This document shows, in pieces, positions 10,448 to 20,618 of a stretch of 64,000 bases of DNA. The notes under the pieces were generated by a model that saw only the letters and a list, made by a program, of their open reading frames with translations, was not told where the DNA came from and searched no databases. The stretch's first letter is position 1. Every line of letters starts with the position of its first letter. Origin of the DNA: Bacilli bacterium (GTDB lineage Bacteria; Bacillota_I; Bacilli_A; RF39; UBA660). The translations under genes were made by a program, and so were the position numbers. Where the stretch lies: positions 11,783 through 75,782 of the forward strand of contig JAFSDH010000005.1 of NCBI GenBank assembly GCA_017436345.1. Direction: 5' to 3'.

Positions 10448-11193
10448 TTTCTCTCTACTAAATTAAAATCAATTGAATGAGATTCAACAACATCATCTTC
10501 TGTAGTGAAACTAATATAAGCATACAAATCATCTAAACTATTAATATCCAGTTTTGCATCTTCAATACTAATTAATATATTGTCTAGAATATTACTTAAA
10601 AGTTGTGGTTCTTCACCTTCGTCAAGCACTACTCCGTTTGTAATTAATGTCACATTACCATAATTAAGTTCAAACATAAATTCTTTTACTTTTATTTCTA
10701 AATTGGTTCCCTCATAATTATCGTTAAAAGATAGCCTGTTAATAAAAAGCATAGATTTTTCATGATTAAGACCTACATAACCATTTATTGTATATCCCTT
10801 ATTATTTGAGTGAATTTCATACAAATGAAATTCATTATACTTGATAACTCCAATTATTAATAGAAATAAAAAAACTACCAAAAATAAAATTAACAAAAAA
10901 ATTTTTACATATTTAATTTTAGATTTTTTCGTATAATATTTGATTGCTTCTACAGCTCCATCATCAATATTAGAATCTGTTTCTTTAGACTTGCAATTTA
11001 ATAACTCGCTTACCGAAATACCTAATACTTCACTCAATAGCGATAATAAACCTATATCAGGTGCAGAAATACCTCTTTCCCATTTAGAAATAGTTTTGGG
11101 ATGAACATTCAATTTATCTGCTAATTTCTCTTGAGTCAATCTTTTTTCTTTTCTCATTTGAGCAATATACTTACCTAATTCATTTAAATCCAT
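10444..11193 (-). CDS. Membrane-anchored XRE-family regulator with extracellular domain
   Basis: LTQEKLADKLNV..KTISKWERG HTH, then a TM helix and a C-terminal domain. Confidence 0.85.
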   Translation of the reverse strand: MDLNELGKYIAQMRKEKRLTQEKLADKLNVHPKTISKWERGISAPDIGLLSLLSEVLGISVSELLNCKSKETDSNIDDGAVEAIKYYTKKSKIKYVKIFLLILFLVVFLFLLIIGVIKYNEFHLYEIHSNNKGYTINGYVGLNHEKSMLFINRLSFNDNYEGTNLEIKVKEFMFELNYGNVTLITNGVVLDEGEEPQLLSNILDNILISIEDAKLDINSLDDLYAYISFTTEDDVVESHSIDFNLVERK

Positions 11194-11269
11194 AATAACC
11201 TCACACTACTTGAAAGTTTTCTCCTTAATTATATCAAATCTTATTAATAATTTATAATAAAATCAAAAA

Positions 11270-11539
11270 TTAAAAATTTCTATCTATAAAAAATTCTTTT
11301 ATATCAACTTCTAAAACTCTTGATATTCTATATAATACTGCAATACTAAAAGATTGTTGAACTTTAGCAGATTCAATATTACTAATCAAACTATGGCTTA
11401 AACCACATAATTCTGCTAATTTTTCTTGAGTCATCCTTCCATAACTACTATATTTACTATTATTATGCATCCTATAATATTTAATATTTTTACTAATAAC
11501 ATCATAAATATATCTATCATCATTCGGATCAAATTTCAT
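11270..11539 (-). CDS. XRE-family HTH regulator
   Basis: MTQEKLAELCGLSHSLISNIES; probable start at ATG 11539. Confidence 0.8.
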   Translation of the reverse strand: MKFDPNDDRYIYDVISKNIKYYRMHNNSKYSSYGRMTQEKLAELCGLSHSLISNIESAKVQQSFSIAVLYRISRVLEVDIKEFFIDRNF

Positions 11540-11695
11540 ACTACTACCACCTATATATATTTTCTCATTTATGGTAGATAAAACCTCTATAATAAGTGTC
11601 ATTACTGACAATTCAATATAAATTTATTATTGAAACTTCATAATAAAAAGAAGATACTTTATTAAAGCATCTTTCATTTCATAGATTATCATTCG

Positions 11696-11761
11696 TTACA
11701 CCTTTAATTTGGGGAACTCTATCCCACCATGTCCTGCATCAACAACAATTCTATAATCCAT
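11696..11761 (-). pseudogene. Amidase 5' stub, interrupted after GHGG
   Basis: RBS AGGAGG and MDYRIVVDAGHGG|IEFPKLKV*. Confidence 0.85.
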
Positions 11762-11805
11762 ATATAACCTCCTGAAATATAATATAAATATAAAAATATA
11801 TTGTG
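11722..11805. repeat. Copy 2 of the duplicated amidase 5' end (att-like)
   Basis: Matches 4697-4781. Confidence 0.9.
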
Positions 11806-11853
11806 AAAATAAAGAAGATATAATAACTATATCTTTTTCATTATATAAACTAA

Positions 11854-12480
11854 TTACTTAGTTCCAAAAATCCTATCCCCGGCATCACCAAGACCTGGAA
11901 CTATATAACCAATTTCATTTAATTTTTCATCAATAGCTGCACAATAAATTGTAACATCAGGATGAACTTCATTAATCTTTTCTATTCCTTCAGGAGCTGC
12001 AATAATACATAAAAATTTTATCTTTTTAGCTCCACTTTCTTTAAGTCTAGTAATAGCATCTACTCCGGATCCACCAGTAGCTAGCATTGGATCAAGAACT
12101 ATTACTTCTCTTTTATCTATATCTTTTGGCATCTTATAATAATACTCTACAGGCTTTAAAGTTTCTTCATTTCGATAAAGTCCAATATGACCTATTTTAG
12201 CATTAGGCATAACTTTAATTAAACCATCAAGCATACCTGTTCCTGCTCTTAAAATAGGTACAAAAGCATAATTATCATCATTTAACTTTTTACCTTTAGT
12301 TTTACACATAGGAGTTTCTATTTCTATATCTTCTAAAGAGGCATCTTTTAAGGCTTCATAACATAAGATTGTTGAAAGTTCACTAATTAATTCTCTAAAC
12401 TCTTTAGTACCTGTATTTTTATCTCTTAAAATACTTAATTTATGAAGTACTAAGGGATGATCTAACTTAATAGCATTCAT
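11854..12480 (-). CDS. upp: Uracil phosphoribosyltransferase
   Basis: [17 protein letters not shown] and [14 protein letters not shown] motifs. Confidence 0.98.
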   Translation of the reverse strand: MNAIKLDHPLVLHKLSILRDKNTGTKEFRELISELSTILCYEALKDASLEDIEIETPMCKTKGKKLNDDNYAFVPILRAGTGMLDGLIKVMPNAKIGHIGLYRNEETLKPVEYYYKMPKDIDKREVIVLDPMLATGGSGVDAITRLKESGAKKIKFLCIIAAPEGIEKINEVHPDVTIYCAAIDEKLNEIGYIVPGLGDAGDRIFGTK

Positions 12481-12488
12481 TCTATCAC

Positions 12489-13823
12489 CTATCTTCTTTT
12501 ATTATTTTTCTTTTTACTAACCACTTTTTCGTCTACAACAACTTCTTTAGTTTTAGGAAGTAATAGATTTAATAAAATACCTACTATAGCAGCTAAACTC
12601 ATACCAGTTATTGATACTGATATATCCCCTGTTTCAAGTGTAAGAATAGCTCCTCCTAAACCAAGTACTAACATTGTTGACGCAACAATTACATTTCTTA
12701 TATCTTCAAAATTAATTTGATTTTTTACTAAAACTTTCAACCCATTAACAGCTATAAATCCATATAAAAGAAGTGATACACCGCCTAATACTGGATTTGG
12801 TATAGTTGAAAATATTGCTGATAATTTTCCTAAGAAACCAATACAAATAGCAATTACAGCAGCAAGTGCAATTACCCAAACAGAAGCAACTTTTGTCATA
12901 CCAACAACACTAGTATTTTCTCCATATGTTGTATTAGCAGGTCCTCCAAATAAACCAGATACACTTGTTGCAATACCATCTCCTAATAAAGTTCTTTCAA
13001 GACCTGGGTCTTTAACTAAATCTTTATTAATAATTGTACCAAGAGCCATATGATCACCTATGTGTTCAGCAATTGTAACAAGAGCAATTGGTGCTATTGT
13101 AAGAAGACCAACTAAACTAAATGAATAATCCTTAAATGGTAATAAAAACTCTGGCATTGCAAAGAATGATGCATCACTAACAGCTGTAAAATCAACCATT
13201 CCTAAACAAATCGCAACAACATAACCAGATGCAATTCCAATTAAGAAAGGAATTACTTTTAAAAACCCTTTAGCACCTACTGCAGTTATCGCTGTTACTA
13301 AAAAGGCAACTAAAGCAACCACAATACTTTTCCATTCAATAACACCACTAGATAATCCCATTTGACTAACCGCACTTGGGGCAAGTGATAACCCTATAAT
13401 CATAATCATTGGACCTATTACTATAGGTGGTAATAATTTATCAATCCAATTCTTTCCAAAAATTTTAATTAACAATGCAAATAATACATAAATTAAACCT
13501 GCTGCAATAATACCAGTTGCAAAACCTGAAACCCCATCTTTCGCAAATGCTACAATTATCGGTGTAATATATGCAAAAGAACTACCTAAATAAACTGGAG
13601 ATTTTCCTTTAGTACATAAAATATAAATTAATGTACCAATCCCACTCATAACTAAAGCAACTGGTATAGTAAGAACAGTTGTACCTGCTGCTTCATTAAC
13701 TAATAATGGAACCAATATTGTTGCTCCAAACATTGCAAAAACATGTTGAATAGCTAATATGAACCACTTACCTGTACTAGGTCTTTCATAAGTGTCATAA
13801 ATTAAATCTGTTTTTTCTTTCAT
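12489..13823 (-). CDS. uraA: Uracil permease (NCS2 family)
   Basis: [14 protein letters not shown] and [11 protein letters not shown] motifs; GGAGG RBS before ATG 13823. Confidence 0.93.
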   Translation of the reverse strand: MKEKTDLIYDTYERPSTGKWFILAIQHVFAMFGATILVPLLVNEAAGTTVLTIPVALVMSGIGTLIYILCTKGKSPVYLGSSFAYITPIIVAFAKDGVSGFATGIIAAGLIYVLFALLIKIFGKNWIDKLLPPIVIGPMIMIIGLSLAPSAVSQMGLSSGVIEWKSIVVALVAFLVTAITAVGAKGFLKVIPFLIGIASGYVVAICLGMVDFTAVSDASFFAMPEFLLPFKDYSFSLVGLLTIAPIALVTIAEHIGDHMALGTIINKDLVKDPGLERTLLGDGIATSVSGLFGGPANTTYGENTSVVGMTKVASVWVIALAAVIAICIGFLGKLSAIFSTIPNPVLGGVSLLLYGFIAVNGLKVLVKNQINFEDIRNVIVASTMLVLGLGGAILTLETGDISVSITGMSLAAIVGILLNLLLPKTKEVVVDEKVVSKKKNNKRR

Positions 13824-13860
13824 TCTACTCCTCCTTCTAAAAACAGTTGGCATTAATTAT

Positions 13861-13894
13861 AAAAAAAAACATCAATACCAAAGTATCAATGTTT
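13861..13894 (-). terminator. Intrinsic terminator (attenuator) in the uraA leader
   Basis: Stem AAACATTGATAC-TTTG-GTATTGATGTTT (two G-U pairs) ending in a run of 9 T. Confidence 0.75.
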
Positions 13895-13976
13895 ATTTAA
13901 TAATTAATAAAGATGACAAAGAAACAAAAGAAATTCTTTTTCTTAAACCAATAACTTCTCTTCTTGTCTTCATCAT
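13893..13976 (-). CDS. Putative 27-aa leader peptide (pyrL-like)
   Basis: RBS GGTGA and MMKTRREVIGLRKRISFVSLSSLLIIK*; the stop overlaps the terminator stem. Confidence 0.55.
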   Translation of the reverse strand: MMKTRREVIGLRKRISFVSLSSLLIIK

Positions 13977-13991
13977 ACTATCACCATAATA

Positions 13992-14020
13992 ATATTAGCA
14001 CACTTAAGAAATAGTTTCAA
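13992..14020 (-). promoter_or_regulatory. SigA promoter of the uraA-upp leader
   Basis: TTGAAA-17 bp-TAATAT with an extended TG. Confidence 0.7.
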
Positions 14021-14279
14021 TATTATTCTTCCATATTACTAATAAAAGATATTTAAACTGTTTCTAATTAAATCTAAGAAAAAATAACTTTGTACATTTA
14101 TTTTATTACATTTATATATCTATAAATATGTTGATGTATTAGTAGAAACACTAGGAATAACAATACAAGTTTAAATTTACCTTTATTATCGTTTCCAGAA
14201 TTAATTAAAACCACTTGATTATTATTATTTGAAGTTAATTTATAATCACTAACATAAAAATTAAAATAATAAAATGTTA

Positions 14280-14635
14280 TGCATCAATTTGACCATTAAA
14301 AATTTCCTACGGCTCATAATTCCACACTCTATTTTCCACCAGTTTCCTCGAAAATTCATTGTCAACTACTAAAGAAGAACTAAGCACAGAAATAATTTGT
14401 AATTTATGACTAACTAAAACACTATTACCATTAGCATATTTTACATAAGAATCTGAAAAATATTTAAATTATTTTTAACAAAATCAAAAGCAATAATTAT
14501 TGAATTAATAGATGCATATCCTATACTCATTAATATCATTATCATAAAAATAGTAATTGGAAATATCATTTTAACTTTTGCTGATAAATTAAATATTTTT
14601 ATACAAAAAAGACAACATATATATGTTGTCTGCAC
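14280..14635 (-). pseudogene. Decayed surface-protein gene with a GYA-type N-terminus
   Basis: FPITIFMIMILMSIGYASINSI resembles the N-termini at 49637 and 50930; downstream frames are broken. Confidence 0.45.
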
Positions 14636-14643
14636 TATCTATT

Positions 14644-15462
14644 TTAATTATTAAGTAATTCGTAAAATTTACTTACCTCAATTTTATCAATATTATTATC
14701 AAGTAAATAATTAATAATATCAATTCTCTTACTTATTTTATCATTTTTTATTCGTCTTAATAGACTATCTTTATATTTAGGATATTTTACACATAATTTA
14801 TATAGTTTCATTATTTCACTTATTAACGCAAGCATTGTATCTACATCTAAGTCAGCTGAAGAATTACTATTTTCTACTTTTCTATAAGTAAAAAATGAAT
14901 TCTTATAATGTGAATAACTATTAGCTTTACACATACATTCTAAAGTAAAAACAATATCTTCAAATCTTTGTTTTTCTGGAAACTTAATTCCATCTAGTAA
15001 ACTTCTTTTAAAACATTTAGTAGGTGCTCCTAAAAAAGATGTTTTCTCAATCCTTTCTGCCATATCACAATCAAGATCTTCTTTTTTTATACATTCACCA
15101 TTTCTATTTAAAAGATAATCTAAAAATATAATATCTTCATCTTTAATAAGATTATTTAATTCTAATAAAACATTATTATTATTAAAATAATCATCACTAT
15201 CTAAGAATACTATATAATCTCCTATTGCATTTTCTAATCCTAAATTTCTAGCACCACCAGCATGTAATCCATTGCTATGATAAAGCTTAACATTGAAATC
15301 TTTTATAATGTCTAAACTATTATCAGTACTTCCATCATCAACTACAATAACTTCATAATTATTGTAAGTTTGATTAAAAACACTTTCTAAACATTCTCTA
15401 ATATATTTATCTTCATTATAATTAGGAATAATAATTGAAAACATAACATCTTTCATAAACAA
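14644..15462 (-). CDS. Glycosyltransferase family 2
   Basis: SIIIPNYN, VDDGSTD and FLDSDD motifs. Confidence 0.92.
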   Translation of the reverse strand: MFMKDVMFSIIIPNYNEDKYIRECLESVFNQTYNNYEVIVVDDGSTDNSLDIIKDFNVKLYHSNGLHAGGARNLGLENAIGDYIVFLDSDDYFNNNNVLLELNNLIKDEDIIFLDYLLNRNGECIKKEDLDCDMAERIEKTSFLGAPTKCFKRSLLDGIKFPEKQRFEDIVFTLECMCKANSYSHYKNSFFTYRKVENSNSSADLDVDTMLALISEIMKLYKLCVKYPKYKDSLLRRIKNDKISKRIDIINYLLDNNIDKIEVSKFYELLNN

Positions 15463-15473
15463 TCTCCTTATAA

Positions 15474-16490
15474 CTATACTAATACCATCTCATCTAATAA
15501 TTTATTCCAAGAATTTAAAATAGATTCATTATCATAATTAAACTCACCAATTGATGCTTTATACTTAGCTTTATTATCAACTATATCACTAATTCGATCT
15601 TTATATGAATCTAAATTATCTCTACTTAGTATTATACCATTACTTTTATCTTTTATTTGTTCAAAAGCTACTTCAAAATCAGTCGAAATACAAGGTACTC
15701 CTAAACACATAGCTTCCGTTAACACAAGTCCCCAAGTTTCATTACTACTAAGCAGTACACTATAATCACACTGTTTAACTATATTATGTGGATTATTTAA
15801 AAAACCTAACCAAATAAAATTATCTTTAAATTCAGAAAAACTTTCTTTTATCGTATCAGCTTCAATCTTATTAAAATTATCACCAATAACATACCATTTA
15901 AAATCAATACCAGCTTCTTTAAGATCTTTAGCTAAAACTAACATCCTACCAAAGCCTTTATCATTACATACTCTAGCTACAGTTACTAAGTTTAATTGTT
16001 TAGAAAGTTCCAATTTACAATGCTTTTTTGCTTTTTTTACAACTGCATCTTTATCTATTACATTATAAATTGTTTTTACTTTCGATTTTAAATCTTCAAA
16101 AGTATTCTCAAGCTGTTCACTAATAGTTTTACTAACAGTAACTACACAATCAACCATACTTCTACAAGCAGATGACAAAATACTATCTGTTAAATTAACT
16201 ACTTGATGAACCCATAAAATCGTTTTCTTTCTTTTTATTTTCTTAACTATATCATAAAGATGAAACCTCATTGAACATGAGACTAAATAATCGACTTCAA
16301 CGTTATCTTCTTTTTCCAAATTAACTACTTTAGAGTACTTAGATAATTCTTTCAACATATGTTTATCAGAACTATCATTAGCATAACCTACATAAACGTC
16401 ATAACCTTTTAATTTCTTAATTAAATTTAAAAGCGCTGTTTCAGTTCCTCCAATATAAATTAATGGGAAAAAAAACATAATTTTTTTCAT
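15474..16490 (-). CDS. Glycosyltransferase family 4
   Basis: GGTE and ETWGLVLTEAM (EX7E) motifs. Confidence 0.9.
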   Translation of the reverse strand: MKKIMFFFPLIYIGGTETALLNLIKKLKGYDVYVGYANDSSDKHMLKELSKYSKVVNLEKEDNVEVDYLVSCSMRFHLYDIVKKIKRKKTILWVHQVVNLTDSILSSACRSMVDCVVTVSKTISEQLENTFEDLKSKVKTIYNVIDKDAVVKKAKKHCKLELSKQLNLVTVARVCNDKGFGRMLVLAKDLKEAGIDFKWYVIGDNFNKIEADTIKESFSEFKDNFIWLGFLNNPHNIVKQCDYSVLLSSNETWGLVLTEAMCLGVPCISTDFEVAFEQIKDKSNGIILSRDNLDSYKDRISDIVDNKAKYKASIGEFNYDNESILNSWNKLLDEMVLV

Positions 16491-16690
16491 AAATCACTCC
16501 TTAATTTGCAGTGCTTTTTGATAATAGCATAATCAAAATTACAAAGTCAATCTATCATATATGTCTAATTTCCTTTAATGATTTATATTTACACTAAAAT
16601 GAACTAAATACACTAAAATATGGCCTTTCAGGCCATTATATTAAAATAAATGTATTTATAAAACAAAAAAACATAGATAAAACTATGCTT

Positions 16691-17419
16691 TTATAACCAT
16701 ATATCGCCTTTTAATGATTTAAACGTATATAACTGTGTTGGTCTATGTCCTCTACCATCAACTTTATCTCCAACTTTTTCTACATATTTAATAATTCTTT
16801 TTCTAAAGTTAGATTTATCTACTACTACGTCTTTAACCAGTTCATAAACCATTCTAACTTCTTCTAAAGTAAACTCTTTAGCCATAAACTTAAATATAAT
16901 ATCCGATTGATCTATCATCGTTCTTAGTCTTTTATAAGAAACTAATATTTCTAAAAGAGTTTTCTCTAACATCACATCTTTAACACAAATATTATATATA
17001 TAATCTATATTATTATTACTAATTAATTCTTCTGTCTTATACTTATATATTTCTTTATCATATAAAATATTGGAATTATTGGTAATACTAAAATCAATTA
17101 ACTTATAGTTAGAATCTAAATTATTAATATTTTCTATATTAGTCGCACATAAATATATAATATCAATTGTATTACCATCAAAATACTTACTATCACCTAA
17201 AGTAAAAACTTGCTCTAAATGAAATAACTCTGAATTAATAATACTAGATACGTATCCTCGAATAAATCTTTTTAATCCATCACCTTGTTCAAAACTAATA
17301 CTTGGTAATGTATTATCCTGCTTAACTAAAAGTCTTAATTTTTTTTCATCATTTTTTCTAATATCTAAACTTTCTTCCTTATCTAGAACAAATAAACAAG
17401 GAATTAAATTAATCTTCAT
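16691..17419 (-). CDS. NrtR-like regulator (degenerate Nudix plus winged HTH)
   Basis: HLEQVFTLG, EFTLEEVR..YE, DKSNFRKRI and GHRPTQLY motifs. Confidence 0.8.
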   Translation of the reverse strand: MKINLIPCLFVLDKEESLDIRKNDEKKLRLLVKQDNTLPSISFEQGDGLKRFIRGYVSSIINSELFHLEQVFTLGDSKYFDGNTIDIIYLCATNIENINNLDSNYKLIDFSITNNSNILYDKEIYKYKTEELISNNNIDYIYNICVKDVMLEKTLLEILVSYKRLRTMIDQSDIIFKFMAKEFTLEEVRMVYELVKDVVVDKSNFRKRIIKYVEKVGDKVDGRGHRPTQLYTFKSLKGDIWL

Positions 17420-17488
17420 ATTATCACCTCAAATAATAATAAAATAAACTAAATATAAAATAAATATATCTAGTTTATTATATTAACA

Positions 17489-18022
17489 TTAATCTTGAAC
17501 AAAGTTAAGAATAAAGCTAAGATCTAAAGCTTGTTCTTGTAAAGGAACATTAGTTAAAACATTTTCATCATAAGAAACAACAATTGTTAAAGTCTTAGAT
17601 TCTCCCGCTCTTAAAACTTGACCATTAGAAATACCATGAACTTCATAATTAACATATAAATCTTGTTCTTCAGTAATGCCACTCATTACATAAGATTTTA
17701 ACTCAGCATCAATTCCCCCAGCATTTTTAACATCTATTTCAAACGAATAACTATCTCCAGGCTTTAAATTAACCATATAATTAACAGTAGTAGATGCACC
17801 CTTAATAATAGGATTTTGAACAACCACTGGATTACCTTCATATCTTACATTATCAATATTTCTAAAATGTACATTCCAATTATTAGTTATCATTTTCTTA
17901 ATACTATTTGTATACATACCTGAAGACTTAGATGCAAAACTTATCGCCATAACACAAACCGCAATACTTAAAAATCCTAATAATACATTTCTTTTACTAA
18001 AATTTTTCATAAATACCTCCAC
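17489..18022 (-). CDS. TasA/camelysin-like secreted protein
   Basis: N-terminal hydrophobic segment, LKPGDS..F.I.VKNAG.IDA motif and C-terminal FVQ. Confidence 0.6.
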   Translation of the reverse strand: MEVFMKNFSKRNVLLGFLSIAVCVMAISFASKSSGMYTNSIKKMITNNWNVHFRNIDNVRYEGNPVVVQNPIIKGASTTVNYMVNLKPGDSYSFEIDVKNAGGIDAELKSYVMSGITEEQDLYVNYEVHGISNGQVLRAGESKTLTIVVSYDENVLTNVPLQEQALDLSFILNFVQD

Positions 18023-18067
18023 TAATATCTTAACTAAATTATAACATAAAATATAAATAATATAACT

Positions 18068-19243
18068 TTAATTTCTTAAATCTTTAAACTTAATAAAAAT
18101 ACTAATAAAAATTAATATAGTCGAAAAATATATCATTACTTTTAAATCATTTATAAATAAGAAAGATATTAATAAAATAAATGATCTAAATACACCTAAA
18201 ACTATTTCATAAACTAAATTATAATTAGAATAATCAAACTTCTTACTTAATAAATAAAATTCTTTCGACATTGATAATTCATACATTTTAGTTGCAATAC
18301 CTTCTAAAAATGCTACTAATATTAAAAGATAAGATGTAATATTAGCTTTAAATATATATACTAAAACAATAAATATAATACTTAAATTAATATAATTCTT
18401 TTTATCATTAATCTTCTTTCCATAAAAATATACAAAAGCAATCGTCGCAATATTAGTAAGTAAATTCATAATACCAACAGTTTGATAATTATCTTTAACA
18501 TAAATAAACAAATATAAAGAAAAGAAAAACTTAATAACAGTAATTGACTCATAAGCTCCAAATAAATATAAATTAGATAAAGGAATCTTTTTTATCGTAC
18601 CAATAAAATCTAATTTTTTAGAAGAATCTTCATACTTAAACTTTAATGTATATAATGGATATAAACTAATTAAAAATAAAACAATAGAAATACCAGTTAA
18701 TAACTCAATACTCATAAAATCTAAAAGAATTGATCCGATATAAGATGCAACAATTAACGCTACTTGATTAACAATACTAATCCAAGAATAACTCATAGAT
18801 ACATTATCTTTAGGCATAACTTTTAAAGTATAAAATCTTCTTGCTAACCAATATCCTATTCGATATAAAGAATAAAAAAAAGATAAAGATAAAAGATAAA
18901 AAATACTATACTTAATATCTGTTAGTAAAAACTGAACTACAACAAACGAAAAAATACCTATTATTGATAAAGATCTATTACTATACTTCTTCGAAAAAAT
19001 AATACCTGGATAAGTTAAAATAATTAAAAATAAATTAACAAATAAATAATAAAACAAAACTTCTTTTAATGAATAACCAAATTTATATAAAATAATAGGA
19101 ATAAATACTTCAATTAAATTTCTTGAAAAAGTTGATAAAAACACATATAAATTAAATTTCTTTTGATTGGTATCCATATTATCACCTATTAAATTATAAC
19201 ATAAAATAATCCACAAATATTGTGGATTATTTATTATAATCAA
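18068..19243 (-). CDS. MFS-like transporter
   Basis: About 12 hydrophobic segments. Confidence 0.7.
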   Translation of the reverse strand: MIIINNPQYLWIILCYNLIGDNMDTNQKKFNLYVFLSTFSRNLIEVFIPIILYKFGYSLKEVLFYYLFVNLFLIILTYPGIIFSKKYSNRSLSIIGIFSFVVVQFLLTDIKYSIFYLLSLSFFYSLYRIGYWLARRFYTLKVMPKDNVSMSYSWISIVNQVALIVASYIGSILLDFMSIELLTGISIVLFLISLYPLYTLKFKYEDSSKKLDFIGTIKKIPLSNLYLFGAYESITVIKFFFSLYLFIYVKDNYQTVGIMNLLTNIATIAFVYFYGKKINDKKNYINLSIIFIVLVYIFKANITSYLLILVAFLEGIATKMYELSMSKEFYLLSKKFDYSNYNLVYEIVLGVFRSFILLISFLFINDLKVMIYFSTILIFISIFIKFKDLRN

Positions 19244-19892
19244 TTGAATTTAATAATTTACTATAAGATATCTCTTTATCATGACCTACAAAAATAATAT
19301 CTGGTTTTAAATCAATAATCTTATAAAAAGATTCTTTTGCCATATCATTATCCTGATTTTGAAAAGCAACTTCTACAAAACGTAGTTTTCTATTAACCAA
19401 AGCATCTCCCACAAATAAATAATCTTTATATTTAATACCAATAGATCCATCTGTATGACCTTCTAAATTAAATATTTCAAGATTAATGCCATATTTCTTA
19501 AATACTTGTTTATCTTCTAAAAAATAATCTATATCAAAAACTTCAGGAACAAATTTCTTCATTCCAAAATTCATTAATTTCGCCCATAAATTATAAATTT
19601 TTTTCTTACCCTTAGTATTAATAATAGAATTATCTAAATTAATATAATCATTCTTACCAATAGCTACTTCACAATTATATAAATCTTTTAAATAAGAAAC
19701 ATTCCAAATATGATCTACATGAGCATGAGTAAGAATTATTAATTTAATATTAAAATTATCTAACCATTTTTTTAAAGATTTCCTCATTCCAATAAAACCA
19801 GTATCTATTAAAATATCTCCATCTTTACCCTTAATGACGAAGATATTAAAATATAAAAATCTTTTTACATAAACATTATCAAACTTCTTCAT
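19227..19892 (-). CDS. MBL-fold metallohydrolase
   Basis: LIDTG, THAHVDH, GHT and GDA motifs. Confidence 0.9.
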   Translation of the reverse strand: MKKFDNVYVKRFLYFNIFVIKGKDGDILIDTGFIGMRKSLKKWLDNFNIKLIILTHAHVDHIWNVSYLKDLYNCEVAIGKNDYINLDNSIINTKGKKKIYNLWAKLMNFGMKKFVPEVFDIDYFLEDKQVFKKYGINLEIFNLEGHTDGSIGIKYKDYLFVGDALVNRKLRFVEVAFQNQDNDMAKESFYKIIDLKPDIIFVGHDKEISYSKLLNSIDYNK

Positions 19893-19922
19893 ATATACCT
19901 CAAATACATACTGATAATTCTA

Positions 19923-20549
19923 TCATTCCTTCCATTTTTTGACAATATCATAAATAATGAAATAAAGGGGCAAAGCACCTAAAGCAAGTCCATATACCTT
20001 CATCTCTCCCTTTGAAACAACAAATGAAAAAACACAAGCTGCAAAAAAGATATAAAAAATAGGAAGAACTAAACCATCTTCCAATAATCCTAATGGACTA
20101 TACCAAGTAAACCAAAAATTCTTTTTAGCAGGTTTTAATTTAAAACTCTTATTTGATTCTTTCAAAACTTCTTTTACTGAAAAACAATAACGTAATACCT
20201 CATAATACTTATTATCATAAACAATATTATCTTTATTAATATATTTATATATTTTTCCTTTTTTATCAATAAAAACTAAACGCTCATCAATTCTACTTCC
20301 TTTTGTTTTTTCTAAGAATAAGACTTCTTTTTTAGCAGGAATAACAATATCGATAATAATTCTAAATAAATATATACTCCCAACTATCCCTAAATAACAA
20401 ATAATCATAATTCCAACCCCTTTATCAACAAAGAAATCATAAAAAGATGAATAACCACCTGAAGTATACATAACATATAAAACAATAATACTTAAAAGAA
20501 TTAAAAGTAAACTCATTAAAGCTTCTTCAAGCCTAGACACATATCGCAT
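19923..20549 (-). CDS. Membrane protein
   Basis: Four predicted TM segments. Confidence 0.65.
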   Translation of the reverse strand: MRYVSRLEEALMSLLLILLSIIVLYVMYTSGGYSSFYDFFVDKGVGIMIICYLGIVGSIYLFRIIIDIVIPAKKEVLFLEKTKGSRIDERLVFIDKKGKIYKYINKDNIVYDNKYYEVLRYCFSVKEVLKESNKSFKLKPAKKNFWFTWYSPLGLLEDGLVLPIFYIFFAACVFSFVVSKGEMKVYGLALGALPLYFIIYDIVKKWKE

Positions 20550-20618
20550 ATAATCAACTCCTCTATCATAAATAATTATATCTTAACAATAAAAAAATCC
20601 ACAACTTTTGTGGATATT

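Larger units (their letters stand above)
4697..11805. mobile_element. About 7-kb island bounded by duplicated amidase 5' ends; no integrase visible
   Basis: Flanking direct repeats and accessory cargo (XRE regulators, ABC exporter, ArpU-like remnant). Confidence 0.6.

Noticed and set aside
13861-13990. PyrR-binding attenuator
   Set aside because: The conserved PyrR loop sequence is not visible.
16591-16640. Three cactaaaat-like repeats and a small hairpin upstream of the GT4 gene
   Set aside because: Short and AT-rich; cannot be distinguished from chance or assigned to a regulator.
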